Notes: generated from the letters alone by a model not told the origin. DNA of 63,378 nt, filler included, from Octopus bimaculoides (GCF_001194135.2; 13 parts of 12 records of this genome joined end to end with filler, not necessarily neighbours in it); one strand, 5' to 3'; positions 13,504 to 26,790 are shown, numbered from the whole stretch's first letter. Numbers and translations: made by a program.

Positions 13504-14335
13504 TATATACATATATACACACATACACACACATATATATATATATATACTCACACGCACACATTCATATATAAGACTAAATTGAGAAACTTATCATCAG
13601 TTCGGTATTGGTAAACAATCGGTTCAGACTCCTTCTTATCGTCAAGGGGAGACAATACAGTGATCGTAATATCTTGGGCGGTATTACTGAACCATACCAC
13701 GTAATCATCAATTATCAAGCTAGGGATTATATATAAACCACTTTTCTTCACAGCACCTCTATGACAAGAGACCATCCGCCACCATCCTGTAAAAAACAGA
13801 CCAGTTAATCTCAGAGACACTTGAGATGCAATTCCAGCATCATGGAGTTACTGCTTCCTTCACCGCAAATGCAATTATGGATTGACCGTTTATCGAGTTC
13901 AATATATCGCTAGATCAATGCCCACAGCTCGCTAAATCTTATATCCTTTAAGAGTGTTATGCAAATCACAAATCCAATTTGATAATCAGAAAGAAGAAAA
14001 AAAAGGGGGAACACATCGTCTCTGTCCGTCTACGTTACAGCAGCAACTGTAAAATAAATAAATGAATGAATAAAATAAAATAAAATAAAATAAAATAAAA
14101 ACTAATTTGCACTAATTCGAAAATGTCACGGTCTGTTTAAGCCTGTTGCGACGATTACATTAGCGGAAGACGCTTCTGCAATCTCTATAGTATTAAAAAG
14201 AGAATTTTAAAAAACGAGAAAAATAAAATTAATTCCAAATATTTTTTAAATACAATTATCAATATTCTAAGCAGAAAATTCGAATTAATATTCAGATATC
14301 GCCATGTGAATAAATTTAACTTTTTAATTAAAAGT

Positions 14336-14366
<31 letters not shown>

Positions 14367-15781
14367 NNNNNNNNNNNNNNNNNNNNNNNNNNNNNNNNNN
14401 NNNNNNNNNNNNNNNNNNNNNNNNNNNNNNNNNNNNNNNNNNNNNNNNNNNNNNNNNNNNNNNNNNNNNNNNNNNNNNNNNNNNNNNNNNNNNNNNNNNN
14501 NNNNNNNNNNNNNNNNNNNNNNNNNNNNNNNNNNNNNNNNNNNNNNNNNNNNNNNNNNNNNNNNNNNNNNNNNNNNNNNNNNNNNNNNNNNNNNNNNNNN
14601 NNNNNNNNNNNNNNNNNNNNNNNNNNNNNNNNNNNNNNNNNNNNNNNNNNNNNNNNNNNNNNNNNNNNNNNNNNNNNNNNNNNNNNNNNNNNNNNNNNNN
14701 NNNNNNNNNNNNNNNNNNNNNNNNNNNNNNNNNNNNNNNNNNNNNNNNNNNNNNNNNNNNNNNNNNNNNNNNNNNNNNNNNNNNNNNNNNNNNNNNNNNN
14801 NNNNNNNNNNNNNNNNNNNNNNNNNNNNNNNNNNNNNNNNNNNNNNNNNNNNNNNNNNNNNNNNNNNNNNNNNNNNNNNNNNNNNNNNNNNNNNNNNNNN
14901 NNNNNNNNNNNNNNNNNNNNNNNNNNNNNNNNNNNNNNNNNNNNNNNNNNNNNNNNNNNNNNNNNNNNNNNNNNNNNNNNNNNNNNNNNNNNNNNNNNNN
15001 NNNNNNNNNNNNNNNNNNNNNNNNNGAGTGTGTGCGGATAGGAGTGTGTGCGGATATGAGTGTGTGCGTATGTGCGTGGGGACCCCCCCCCCCCACACAC
15101 ACATTCACATACAGATGCCATTCTTGTCGTTATCGATTGTTCAATTTCCATTGGGACAGTTATATTCGCAGTCAGTTTGTAAGGATGATGACGACGACGA
15201 CGATGAAGTTGACGAGGTTGACGACGACGACGACGACGGGGAAGGACGATCACAATATCGACGATGACTACAACAGCGATGATGATGATGATGATGATGC
15301 TGATGATGATGGCGGCGACGACGACGATGATGATTATTATGCGATGATAATGATTATGTTCTCAAGACAAACCCAAAATTAGAAGTAAACAAACAAACAA
15401 CAACAACAACAACAGCAATAGCAAAATAACCATTACAATTGATCCCTAGAGATTTGGGTTGAAGTAGGTGGCATCACTTTCACTCGAAACAGCCCCCTTT
15501 CTTTCATTATGATATGCCCTCTCTGACTAATCGGTCAAAATCAAAACGCATAGTGCATATCTGCGGCAAACGACACGACCTCCACCCTCCATTTTCCCCC
15601 CGCTTTTCAGTCAACGTTAAGTTTTCCACCATTTTCTTCCCTACCCATTTTTATCGATTGGTGAACCACACCCTTCGTTTTCATCAGAAACTTCTTTTAC
15701 CAAGGGCTGCCCATACATTATGATGTTTAGCAGGGTTCGCTCATACTTTACCATATGTTTTGATAAAAAAAAAACAACAAC

Positions 15782-15960
15782 ATTGCAATGTTATTATCAA
15801 TCCGAATAAGTTTGATACCCGTTCGAACTGGGGAACAAGCTACGCATTGCGTTTTGTCAGGGGAAATATATTTCGCTCGTTGACAAACGATGTGATGAGT
15901 AGCTTGTTCCCCAGTTCGAACGTGCATCAAGCATATTCGGGCTGATAGTAACATCGCAAT
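15782..15960. other. Long imperfect hairpin (~180 nt) with a perfect 24-bp core stem
   Basis: CGTTCGAACTGGGGAACAAGCTAC (15820-15843) pairs perfectly with 15899-15922. About 38 bp of imperfect pairing lies outside it, with TTTGTCA/TGACAAA and a GAAATATATTTC palindrome inside. Confidence 0.85.
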
Positions 15961-16074
15961 TTTACTTATCACTGCTTAGCGCTCCTCTTTTGTAATTTAC
16001 TTACGGTGAGTCGCAGTACAGTGCAGCCCAGTCACCGTACGATGACTACAACATTTTTGGCCTTGTGCTTGCGT

Positions 16075-16388
16075 TAGAAATTATATTTATTCTCATTAAT
16101 TAAACTGGTGCTCAGTTGGTACTTGATTCTATCGACCCTGTAGACATGAAAGGCAAGGCTGATCTCAGTGTGATTTGAACTCAGATCGTAAAGATTCGGT
16201 AGAAATACCGTAAAGGCATTGACAACCGATGTTGGTGTGTTTACGTCCCCGTAACTTAGCGGTTCGTCAAAAGAGCCCAATAAAATAAGTGCTAGGCTTA
16301 CAATGAATAAGTTCTGGGGTCGATTTGTTCGACTAAAAGCAGTGCACCAGCATGGCTGCAGGCAAATGACTGAAACAAGTAAAAGAAT
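16075..16388. mobile_element. Abutting SINE A (minus, to ~16220) and SINE B 3' half (plus)
   Basis: Family A core reversed, then GACAACCGATGTTGGTGTGTTTACGTCCCCGTAACTTAGCGGTTCG..GACTGAAACAAGTAAAAGA. Confidence 0.8.
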
Positions 16389-16496
16389 ATATATATNNNN
16401 NNNNNNNNNNNNNNNNNNNNNNNNNNNNNNNNNNNNNNNNTTAATTAATTAANNNNNNNNNNNNNNNNNNNNNNNNNNNNNNNNNNNNNNNNNNNN

Positions 16497-16536
<40 letters not shown>

Positions 16537-16596
16537 CATACGCGTATATGTATGAGTATACATATGTCTGTGTACGTGCCTTTGTGTTTCTCTCTG

Positions 16597-16666
<70 letters not shown>

Positions 16667-17074
16667 TAACATTTGAAGTTAAGCAACAAAAATTCAATAG
16701 GCTATAGCCGTACGTACGTTTCGTACAAGCTTCATTTATTCATGTAGTGAGAACACCACAGAAAATACAATGAAAATGTACTCCTCAGCTGCATAATGGA
16801 ATTTCATTTTAGGAAGTCATTTTGAAGATGTTTGCAAAAAACAAGAGTAAGAGAAGAAAACACATCTCGACTATGCTGCTGTTTCACAGACTTGTCTTGA
16901 TTTTGTTTTTGTTTTTGGTTTTTATCCTACCAAATTCTGGTGCCTCAAGCATTTTAAGTACCACATTTAATCTTTTGATTAAATCTATATTATTATATAC
17001 ATATATATTTAAATTTTTAAAAATGGCGGGAACTTAGTTGCCAACCCAATATTATATAAATGCAGACTTGCATA

Positions 17075-17163
<89 letters not shown>

Positions 17164-17922
17164 GTGCGTGCGTGTGTGTTTGTCTCCCATCACCACTTGA
17201 CAACTAATATATTTTTTATAACTAAATGATTTTAGGAATGCTATAAAAATTGTTAAAATGTTTTATGTATTTTCGAAGTATAACCAATTTGCTGCAGATA
17301 AATTTTCACAGCAAAATCTTATGTGGACCCCACAAGGGCTATATAGGCCTTGGTTGAGAACCACTCATTTAGTGTCTCCTTCTATGATTCGACGAAAAAT
17401 ACCAGAAACAAACAAGAACAGTAATAGCAAAGATAACAACAGCAGCAGTAGCAACAACAACAAAAAATACAGTGAAAACTAAATTGTAAAACTGCATTCG
17501 AAATCTCGACGACTCACCAACGAGAAAGATCTTTTGAAAGCGAAATTGAAAGCAACTTTCTTAATCCAGTCTGTCGTCCGTTGCTGTTAGCAAATTTTTA
17601 CTTGAATTCTTACTAGTTTACTAATATTCCATTTACCATAAAATTAATGTTTTTGTGTTAGACTCAGAGAGAGAAGCTAATGTTTCTTGGAGATAATATC
17701 TATGAATAACTGATGAAAGCGGTAAGAATATATGGTATATTCATCATATACATGTATGCGTACACCTGCAAAACGATACACATATATATTTACACATAGA
17801 CACATCACAAATAATGCATATANNNNNNNNNNNNNNNNNNNNNNNNNNNNNNNNNNNNNNNNNNNNTTAATTAATTAANNNNNNNNNNNNNNNNNNNNNN
17901 NNNNNNNNNNNNNNNNNNNNNN

Positions 17923-17956
<34 letters not shown>

Positions 17957-19066
17957 GGTGTGTGTGTGTGTGTGTGTATGTATGTATAAAATAAGCAGAA
18001 AATTGAGAAAACATTTGATGAACAATCAAATTGACTGCCATCGTTTATTATTTTTTCAAATACAAAACCTTAACATTGCTAACAGCCGTTTCTACTACCT
18101 ATATCAGTCGGTGCTGCCAAGGAAAATTATAATAATAAAGAAGTAAATAAAAATTAAACAAACAGACTGTATTATTTTCTTTTTTTTACTTTATTTACTT
18201 CTTCATTTACATATATCCCTATAACGATCTTAGCTTGCCCTTGATTTTACATTTAACTGACACATTATAGTGATGGCTGGACTTTGGTTAATTCCATTAT
18301 GAACAACAGGTGGTTGGTCTTTATGATATATCAGTAAGTACACTAATGTAACACCTTTATGGGTATATTTTTGTATAAATATTAATTAGCACTATTTACG
18401 AAATCATAAGTACTATTCTTTTTCGAGACCTATTGGCGAATCCAGTAATACTTAAGCACTAGTTTTATTTTCCTATTATTTATACACCCTGATATTCCTA
18501 AAGAAAGATTAACCCACTAAATATTTTTCTAGTTTATTCATTTGCTCATCAGCTTCAAGCTCTACACTGCAAAATGGCATGATTCTAATTTATTAAACCT
18601 TTCTTCATCTCGAGGTTCTGTTGTTTCCTCTTCTCTCTTCTCTTCTTTTATTTTATGAATTTGTATTCATTTTGATATACCAGATCGGATGCGCTATAAA
18701 TGATGACAAATATTATTCTCATAATTTCCTTTGGTAGCACCGAATGATATTGGTAGCTGAAACGGATGTAAGCAATGCTAAAATTTAGTATTTTTAAAAA
18801 ATAATAACCGATGATAGTCAATTTGTTTGTTCACCAAAAGTTTTCTCTATTTTCTGCTTATTTTAAATTTGATCCTTGATAAACTCTTGTCTATTTTGTT
18901 ATTGCCTTGCCTTATCCTATGAGCTTAGTATGCTTGCATATCCATGCTCAGGGTTAACATAGGTAATTTATACCGGTAGTAAAAACGGATATTCTTATCC
19001 CTTAGATGGTTATTCCAACCGCTAAATCTACTTACCTTTATATATATAATATATTTTTACACACAC

Positions 19067-19108
<42 letters not shown>

Positions 19109-19689
19109 NNNNNNNNNNNNNNNNNNNNNNNNNNNNNNNNNNNNNNNNNNNNNNNNNNNNNNNNNNNNNNNNNNNNNNNNNNNNNNNNNNNNNNNNNNNN
19201 NNNNNNNNNNNNNNNNNNNNNNNNNNNNNNNNNNNNNNNNNNNNNNNNNNNNNNNNNNNNNNNNNNNNNNNNNNNNNNNTATATATCAGTCAATGTAATT
19301 CCTAAATAACCGATTTAAACATTTAATTTTTGTACTTCTACAATCTAACAATAGTACAACCTTATATAGAAAGATATTCACAACATAACAATGTTAAATA
19401 TACCGTATTTCAGATGTAAGCAATATATTTTCCTCTAAACAATCATCAGGTAAATCTTTGTAAAGGTGCAGCATTAACAGTCAGTTAATGTGCATATGGA
19501 ATGTTACCCTTTACATAATAAAGGTTAGATGACTGCGGCAACAGAGTTGATATTTATCGCTCTCATGCACACAATCAGTTTAACTAATCAGACATTTTTT
19601 ACTAATAATACTCTCAATACTACGATATTTTCTGGGTAGAATTAATAGCAAATCAATATTGGTAAAAGTTTCCTTTATCATATAATTTT

Positions 19690-19960
19690 CCATTCAGAAC
19701 GAGTTTCAGGTTCTCGGTAATATTTTTTCACTGAATATACTACCTTCCCTTGCATCGCAAAATTTGAAAAACTGGAATATTTCCTTATCCCATATTTCTG
19801 AAAGATGCTTTAATGTGATCTGACGGATATGTGAACCTAATTTGTTGCTGGTGTACTTGCATTCGTTCGAATAATAACATTCCTATTTGGCCAACATTGA
19901 TATTTCACATTTCGGGCAATTGAAGCAGTAAATCATATTTCTACTTTTACTTTCCATATT
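19690..19960 (-). mobile_element. Degraded Penelope-like GIY-YIG endonuclease fragment
   Basis: Frameshifted reverse translation SRNMIYCFNCPKCE..VGQ.G..LFERMQVHQQQIR fits the IY-C--C--Y(I/V)GQT---L-ER--H pattern. Confidence 0.55.
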
Positions 19961-20276
19961 TATATCGATCATTGTTGTGTATAATATTTATTCTAACATT
20001 ACCCTGAAACTTTCATTTCCCTGCCTTTATCTCTTTACTCCTTTTCTGCTAAGAGAGTACGAAAAAAAAAGAAGAAATGAAAATCTATCGCATATAATTC
20101 CTAAATGTTTGAGATAAGCATAATCCAACTAACTTCATTATCCTGAGGTATGTTGTATTGGGGAGCTATTAAGAAGGGAGAAATAACGTTTTCTACAACT
20201 ACTAGGATACCTACAATAAAAAAAATGGAAATTTTATTTCATATGCACTCTTACCCATAAGAAAAAACATATCAAG

Positions 20277-20349
<73 letters not shown>

Positions 20350-20514
20350 TAATAAAAACAGTCAGCCACCTTCTATATATGGATGACCTAAAATGATATG
20401 CAAAAAACGACAAANNNNNNNNNNNNNNNNNNNNNNNNNNNNNNNNNNNNNNNNNNNNTTAATTAATTAANNNNNNNNNNNNNNNNNNNNNNNNNNNNNN
20501 NNNNNNNNNNNNNN

Positions 20515-20704
20515 ACACACACACACACACATATACATATATACGACGGGCTTTTTTCAGTTTCCGTCTACCAAATCCACTCACAAGGCTTTGGTCGGCC
20601 GGAGGCTGTAGTAGAAGACACTTGCCCAAGGTGCCACGCAGTGGGACTGAACCCAGAACCATGTGGTTGGTAAGGAAGCTACTTACCAAACAGCCACTCC
20701 TGCG
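20515..20704 (-). mobile_element. SINE family B 5' half (rest in gap)
   Basis: tRNA-like head (reverse GCAGGAGTGGCTGTTTGGTAAGTAGC..GGTTCAGTCCC) and GCACCTTGGGCAAGTGTCTTCTACTAC core. Confidence 0.85.
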
Positions 20705-20809
20705 TCTATAATATTGATTTTTAAGAGGAAATACGAAGTGGAATACTTTTGGGGCTAAAAGTGTAATCGATAACATTGCCACCAGTAATAACCTGACCAT
20801 GCAATTAGT

Positions 20810-21742
20810 TCAGCAAACCAACGTGCCAACTAGCGAACAAACCAACAAACTAATCAGCTATGGAGCCAACTAGCCAACTAGCCAATCAGGCAATTAACTG
20901 ACAGGCCAACCAGACAAGAAAGCAATAAGCTAAAAAGTGAACTGGACAACAATGGAAACAGTCAGTCAGCAAACAAAGAAGTTAACCAGCCAAAAAGCCC
21001 AAAGGCTAACCAGCCAGCAAGTCAACAAAGCAATCAGCTAACAAACAACTAGCTAACAAACTGACAAGCCAACTAACTGACAAGCCAACCTGCTAAAAGG
21101 CTGACCATCCTACAAGCTAAATAGCCACCAAACAAGTGAACTAGCCAACAAGCCAATAAGCCAACCAGCCAACAAACCAACTAGCTAACAAGCCAAAAGA
21201 CCAACAATATAACGAGCCAACTAGTTAACAATCCTACCGGCCAGTTAGCCAATCATCAAACCAGCCAAGGAATCAACTAGCCAACAACCCATCAAAACAA
21301 CTAGTTAACAAGTCAACCAGCCAATCAACCAACAGACAGACATGTTTACTAGCCATCTAGTCAAGAAGCCAACCAGCCCCAAAAAATAAAATAAAATAAA
21401 ATAAAATAATCAGCCAACAAGCTAAGTAACCAAGAAATCAAATAGCTAACTAGCTAACAAGCCTACCAGCCTAGTAGCCAATCATTTACCCGGACAATGA
21501 ATCAAAAGTCCAATAAGCCAGCAAAGCAACTATCGAACAAACCAAGAAACCAATTAGATAACAAGCTAGCTAGCCAATCAACCAACAGACTGACAAGTCA
21601 ACTAGCCAACAAAATAACAAGCCAACAAACTAAAAAGCCAACTAGCTAACAAGTCTACTAAACAATTAGCCAACCAACTAACCGTTCATTGAATCAACCG
21701 GCCAACAAACCAGCCACCCAGCCAACCAGCCAACAAGCCACA
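20810..21742 (+). repeat. Degenerate A/C-rich minisatellite (units like AGCCAACTAGCTAACA)
   Basis: About 930 bp built from AACC/AGCC/AACT/AACA tetramers with a strong strand asymmetry. Confidence 0.85.
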
Positions 21743-22498
21743 CCTTTTGTAAACGAGACATTCCAACTGATTAAGTCCACTTAATTAACGTAACACCTAG
21801 ATAATTATTATTCTACGTTGATTAACCTTCTCACACACTCCTTGCCTTTCATTCACATTTTTCCATTTAGTCTTCTTTATTTCTTTACCGTGAGAAATAA
21901 CTGTCCGTGTGTATTGAGGGAATAAAGAACAGAAATGGTCTTGTAGTGACATCTGGCAATTGCTTGACGGAGTGTGTGTGTGTAGGTATGCGTATGTATA
22001 TCCGTGAGAGAGAGAGAGAGAGAGAGAGAGGAAGAAACACAGGGAGAGTTAAATTAAATGGTTCAAATAGAGTAAATAATGAGAGCTAGTGGTTAGTCGT
22101 TGGAGAAGTGCTAAAAGAAGGGCATAATGGTATATTGAGCTGTTCTCATCGTTGTTGTTGTTGTTGCTGCTGCTGCTGTTGTTGTTGTTGTTGTTGTTGT
22201 CTTTTAATCCTTGACAAGCAAAGAAGACCGGAGATTAAAGGCTTTCAAACGAAGACCGCTTTGTCGTAGCCTTAGGAAGGATTTGGTTGTTATTTCTAGT
22301 ATTTTCGAGCGACCAAGGAGATGGTCCGATATTGACGCGTGCGTACGTACATGCGTGCGTGCGTACATGCGTGCGTTCGTGCGTGCATAAGTATGTGTCT
22401 GCGGATGTGTGATTGAGCTTGCATGTGTGGGTGTGTGTGTGTGTATGATTATGTATTTTTATGTTGACATCTGTGTGTGTATAAAAGAGAAAGAGAGA

Positions 22499-22534
<36 letters not shown>

Positions 22535-22624
22535 GTAAGTAGAAAGAAAGAAAATGAGTTTAAATGCTCTGAGTAAATTTGTTTTTAAATTAATAGCAGC
22601 GCCAGAATAAATATTATCATAGTT

Positions 22625-22835
22625 TCAAATCTTGGCACAAGGCCAGCAATTTTGGGTGATGTGGGTTGAGTCGATTAGATCGACCCCAGTATTCAACTAA
22701 TATTTATTTTATCGACTCCTGAAAGGATCAAAGGAAAAGTCGACCTCGGCAGAATTTGAACCCAGAACGTTAAGTCGGACGAAATGCCGCTAAGCATTTT
22801 GACCGGCGCTGTAACGATTCTGCCAGCTCACCACC
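22625..22835 (-). mobile_element. SINE family A, full length
   Basis: Reverse complement of the head, B box, core and GCCTTGTGCCAAGATTTGAAAC tail. Confidence 0.85.
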
Positions 22836-22852
22836 GTCTCCAGTGTAAATAT

Positions 22853-23266
22853 TCTTTTCTACTCTAGGCACAAGGCCCGTTATTTGTGGGGAGGGGGGAC
22901 AGTCAATTAGATGGACACCAGTACGCAACTGGTACTTAATTTGTCGACCCCGAAAGGATGAAAGGCAAAGTCGACCTCAGAACGTAACGGCAGACGAAAT
23001 ACCGCTAAGCATTTCGCCTGGCGTGCCAACGTTTCTTATTTCTTTATTGCCCACAAGGGGCTAAACATAGAGGGGACAAACAAGGACAGACAAAGGGTTT
23101 AAGTCGATTACAACGACCCCAGTGCGTAACTGGTACTTAATTTATCGACCCGAAAAAGATGAAAGGCAAAGTCGACCACGGCAGAATTTGAACTCAACGT
23201 AACGGCAGACGAAATACCGCTAAGCATTTCGCCCGGCGTGCTAACGTTTCTGGCAGCTCGCCGCCT
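22853..23266 (-). mobile_element. Dimeric SINE family A element
   Basis: One headed unit followed by a headless second unit, joined by a ~60-bp linker (TTTGTCTGTCCTTGTTTGTCCCCTCTATGTTTAGCCCC). Confidence 0.8.
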
Positions 23267-24531
23267 TCTCTAGTGAAAATAATGGTTGAACTTGGAATGT
23301 ATTACGGACTATGCACATACCAACTNNNNNNNNNNNNNNNNNNNNNNNNNNNNNNNNNNNNNNNNNNNNNNNNNNNNNNNNNNNNNNNNNNNNNNNNNNN
23401 NNNNNNNNNNNNNNNNNNNNNNNNNNNNNNNNNNNNNNNNNNNNNNNNNNNNNNNNNNNNNNNNNNNNNNNNNNNNNNNNNNNNNNNNNNNNNNNNNNNN
23501 NNNNNNNNNNNNNNNNNNNNNNNNNNNNNNNNNNNNNNNNNNNNNNNNNNNNNNNNNNNNNNNNNNNNNNNNNNNNNNNNNNNNNNNNNNNNNNNNNNNN
23601 NNNNNNNNNNNNNNNNNNNNNNNNNNNNNNNNNNNNNNNNNNNNNNNNNNNNNNNNNNNNNNNNNNNNNNNNNNNNNNNNNNNNNNNNNNNNNNNNNNNN
23701 NNNNNNNNNNNNNNNNNNNNNNNNNNNNNNNNNNNNNNNNNNNNNNNNNNNNNNNNNNNNNNNNNNNNNNNNNNNNNNNNNNNNNNNNNNNNNNNNNNNN
23801 NNNNNNNNNNNNNNNNNNNNNNNNNNNNNNNNNNNNNNNNNNNNNNNNNNNNNNNNNNNNNNNNNNNNNNNNNNNNNNNNNNNNNNNNNNNNNNNNNNNN
23901 NNNNNNNNNNNNNNNNNNNNNNNNNNNNNNNNNNNNNNNNNNNNNNNNNNNNNNNNNNNNNNNNNNNNNNNNNNNNNNNNNNNNNNNNNNNNNNNNNNNN
24001 NNNNNNNNNNNNNNNNNNNNNNNNNNNNNNNNNNNNNNNNNNNNNNNNNNNNNNNNNNNNNNNNNNNNNNNNNNNNNNNNNNNNNNNNNNNNNNNNNNNN
24101 NNNNNNNNNNNNNNNNNNNNNNNNNNNNNNNNNNNNNNNNNNNNNNNNNNNNNNNNNNNNNNNNNNNNNNNNNNNNNNNNNNNNNNNNNNNNNNNNNNNN
24201 NNNNNNNNNNNNNNNNNNNNNNNNNNNNNNNNNNNTATATATATATATATATGGGGGGCGGGAGTCAAGGTAGAAAATTATTTTCGCATTTTCTACCTTG
24301 ACTTATTTTCCTTACACACACTCGCATACACACACATATATATATATACATATATAGGAATATCTGTTAGTAACCATATCTATCAATATATGTATATGTA
24401 TACATGCATACCTTTGTGTGTGTATGTGTATGTGTGTGTATGTATATGTACACAATGATGTCTATGTATGATATAATGTCTATATATATGTACATAATGA
24501 CACCTATATATGTGTGTATATGTAGATAATG

Positions 24532-24564
<33 letters not shown>

Positions 24565-24641
24565 TATATATACACACACACATATATATATATACGCACA
24601 AACACACACGTAACTCACATACTAACACGCATATACATAAT

Positions 24642-24684
<43 letters not shown>

Positions 24685-25280
24685 TACATATGTATATATA
24701 CATACATGCATAGATAGATTCATAGTAACCTAAGCCATAGACATTGAGGTGTGTCTCAACAGACATCCAACAATTTGCATTCAAACATGAAATGCTTTAT
24801 TATGTCTGTCAACACGTCCTTGCAATTTACGAAACCCACTCTCTTTCCTTTTAAACACAATTCTTTTCCTAACCACAATCTTGTTGATGTCTAATATGTT
24901 ATCTACGCTCATGTAATCATACAAAATGTCCTTAGTGACCCTAATGAATGCGGGGTTGGGGCGAACGCATGCCTGCGTGTGATGGGGGCGGCGCGAGTTT
25001 ATAATTGATAATATGGCGGACGAATTTTTAGCATATATTTGCAATTGTAATAACATGCCATTGTGTCTATCCCATCGGTGGAAATTTGTGTATGTATGTG
25101 TGTATGTATTTCTGTGTGGCTGGGGTGCAGCGTTTGCGTGTGTACACGCTCGCATTTTTTGTTCCAGATATAACTTCTCAAAATTATTTCACATTGAGGA
25201 AAAAATTTCTATTCTTTTTTGCGTATGTACATATATATGTACGTATCTAGGTATATATGTATACACACCCACCCACGCAC

Positions 25281-25337
<57 letters not shown>

Positions 25338-25339
25338 TG

Positions 25340-26320
25340 TTTCTTTATTTTCCACATAGGGTTGAACACAGCGGGGGGGGGACAAAATATAAAGTTGAGC
25401 TTTTCTTTTTGAGAAGAGAAGGAAAAAAGAGGAAAGGGGGGATCGTTAAAAAAAAAAGCCGATTAATAGGGATCGTGTATCCCAGATATGTCATGATGCA
25501 AAATGGAGAAACAGATTAGGTTTATCCGTGGAAAGAAAAGCCGACGGAAAGACTCGGTAACATCGGGCAATAATGTCATGCAAAAGTTTACTCTCTTTTT
25601 TCCTTTCTGTCTTTTTTCTTGGTTCATAGGATTATGCTCAAGGTGGCTCCCTCATTCTCACGTGCCATCCTTGCTACATTCACCCATCGTCTTTTGAAAC
25701 ATTCACTAGACAAAACTTCCCTCTCTACTCTCACCTTCCTCTTCAAGTGATACTTGAAGAAGTTGATGAGAGATTGACCAGAGAGGAAAGTGTTTGTCTC
25801 TAGACCCTTCCGATGCGTCCACCATACACATTCTTTCACCAGAGTCACGAGTTCGATCGAAATGGCTCTTCCTTCCCGTTTCAAGGAAAGAGGCGCGGCA
25901 ATATTCACGATAGACTCGGTTGATAAACTGTCTCGTCCCACACGCGATAGCAGTCGTTCGACATAGGCCCACAGGTCGGAAAGGGTTGGACAGTGTACGA
26001 GTGCGGGCAGAACGGTTTCGTCGCTCTGACTGCATCTCGGGCAGGTCGGCTCCGTGTTTCTCGAGTCATGCCTGTATAGCTTATCTCGAACGGGTAACGC
26101 TTCTCGATAGCACTGCCAGGCCAGGGATATCTGGAAGTTGCCCATAGGTCCCGGCCCGAAAGTCGTCTTGAACAGGCGGGTCAGGTATTCCTTGTCGACG
26201 TCCAAGTTCGCCCCAAGATCGTCATCGTACCTCCCCCACCACTAATCCCCTAAAGAATGCTTTGGTTGTGTTGAAGTCGCTCAAGGTCGATCCGGGACGT
26301 CATAGTTGCTAGAGAGCCAG
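25340..26320 (-). mobile_element. 5'-truncated L1/Tx1-clade LINE: ORF2 C-terminus (zf-RVT-like) and 3' UTR
   Basis: ORF 25624-26205 has WQCYREALPVRDKL..CPRCSQSDETVLPALVHCP..LW, typical of the Tx1/L1 ORF2 CCHC region. The 3' UTR ends AATAAAGAAA next to (GATA)n. Confidence 0.85.
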
Positions 26321-26324
26321 ATAT

Positions 26325-26790
26325 TATGCTCATTCGTGGTATACGAATAAAGCAGCTACTTTCTCTCCCCAGGATCAGTTATACACTGCCCCAAACGGAT
26401 CGGTACATATCCTGTTGCTCCAATATTAATAGGTATGAAGTTGAAAGTGTCATGGGTACTGGTTTTGCAATATCCTTATCAGTGGGCCTTAGATGGCCTC
26501 TTTCCCTTGTATTTTTTAAACCACATTCGTGTCCAGGGATTAACTGATGTCCACAATAGAACGTATCCTTTCTTATATATACGTTTGTGGTCCCACATTA
26601 AAGTATTTTCTCAGTTGTGTTTAAAGCAGGTGGCTGTTTTCATTTCTAAGTTCCGCCAGTAGTAATCTTTTGATACATCGGTCTCAATGTGGGCATCTTT
26701 CTTTGTAGGTATTTTTCTTTTTTGCTATTTTGTTGCAAACTGTTCTGACCCCTACATCGGGCCTCATGAGAAGATAATAATTGAAAGACA
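26325..26790 (-). mobile_element. Degraded RLE-endonuclease non-LTR retrotransposon 3' fragment, cut by the Tx1 insertion
   Basis: Broken reverse translation includes a WDHKRI segment and FNFIPINIGATGYVP; resembles the 41900-42070 C-terminus. Confidence 0.55.

Noticed and set aside
12537-15382. Long ORFs (260-420 aa) here and across other gaps
   Set aside because: Made of X from N runs and microsatellite translations; not genes.
17350-17367. hAT/Charlie-like terminus GGTTGAGAACCACT
   Set aside because: Only one end found; no partner TIR or TSD.
19400-19460. CTGATGA..GAAA on the minus strand downstream of the PLE fragment
   Set aside because: Stems I and II do not pair convincingly; at most a dead remnant.
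24781-25040. ORF with YDYMSVDNILD, faintly like a Helitron PIF1 segment
   Set aside because: Similarity is limited to a few residues; no flanking helicase motifs.
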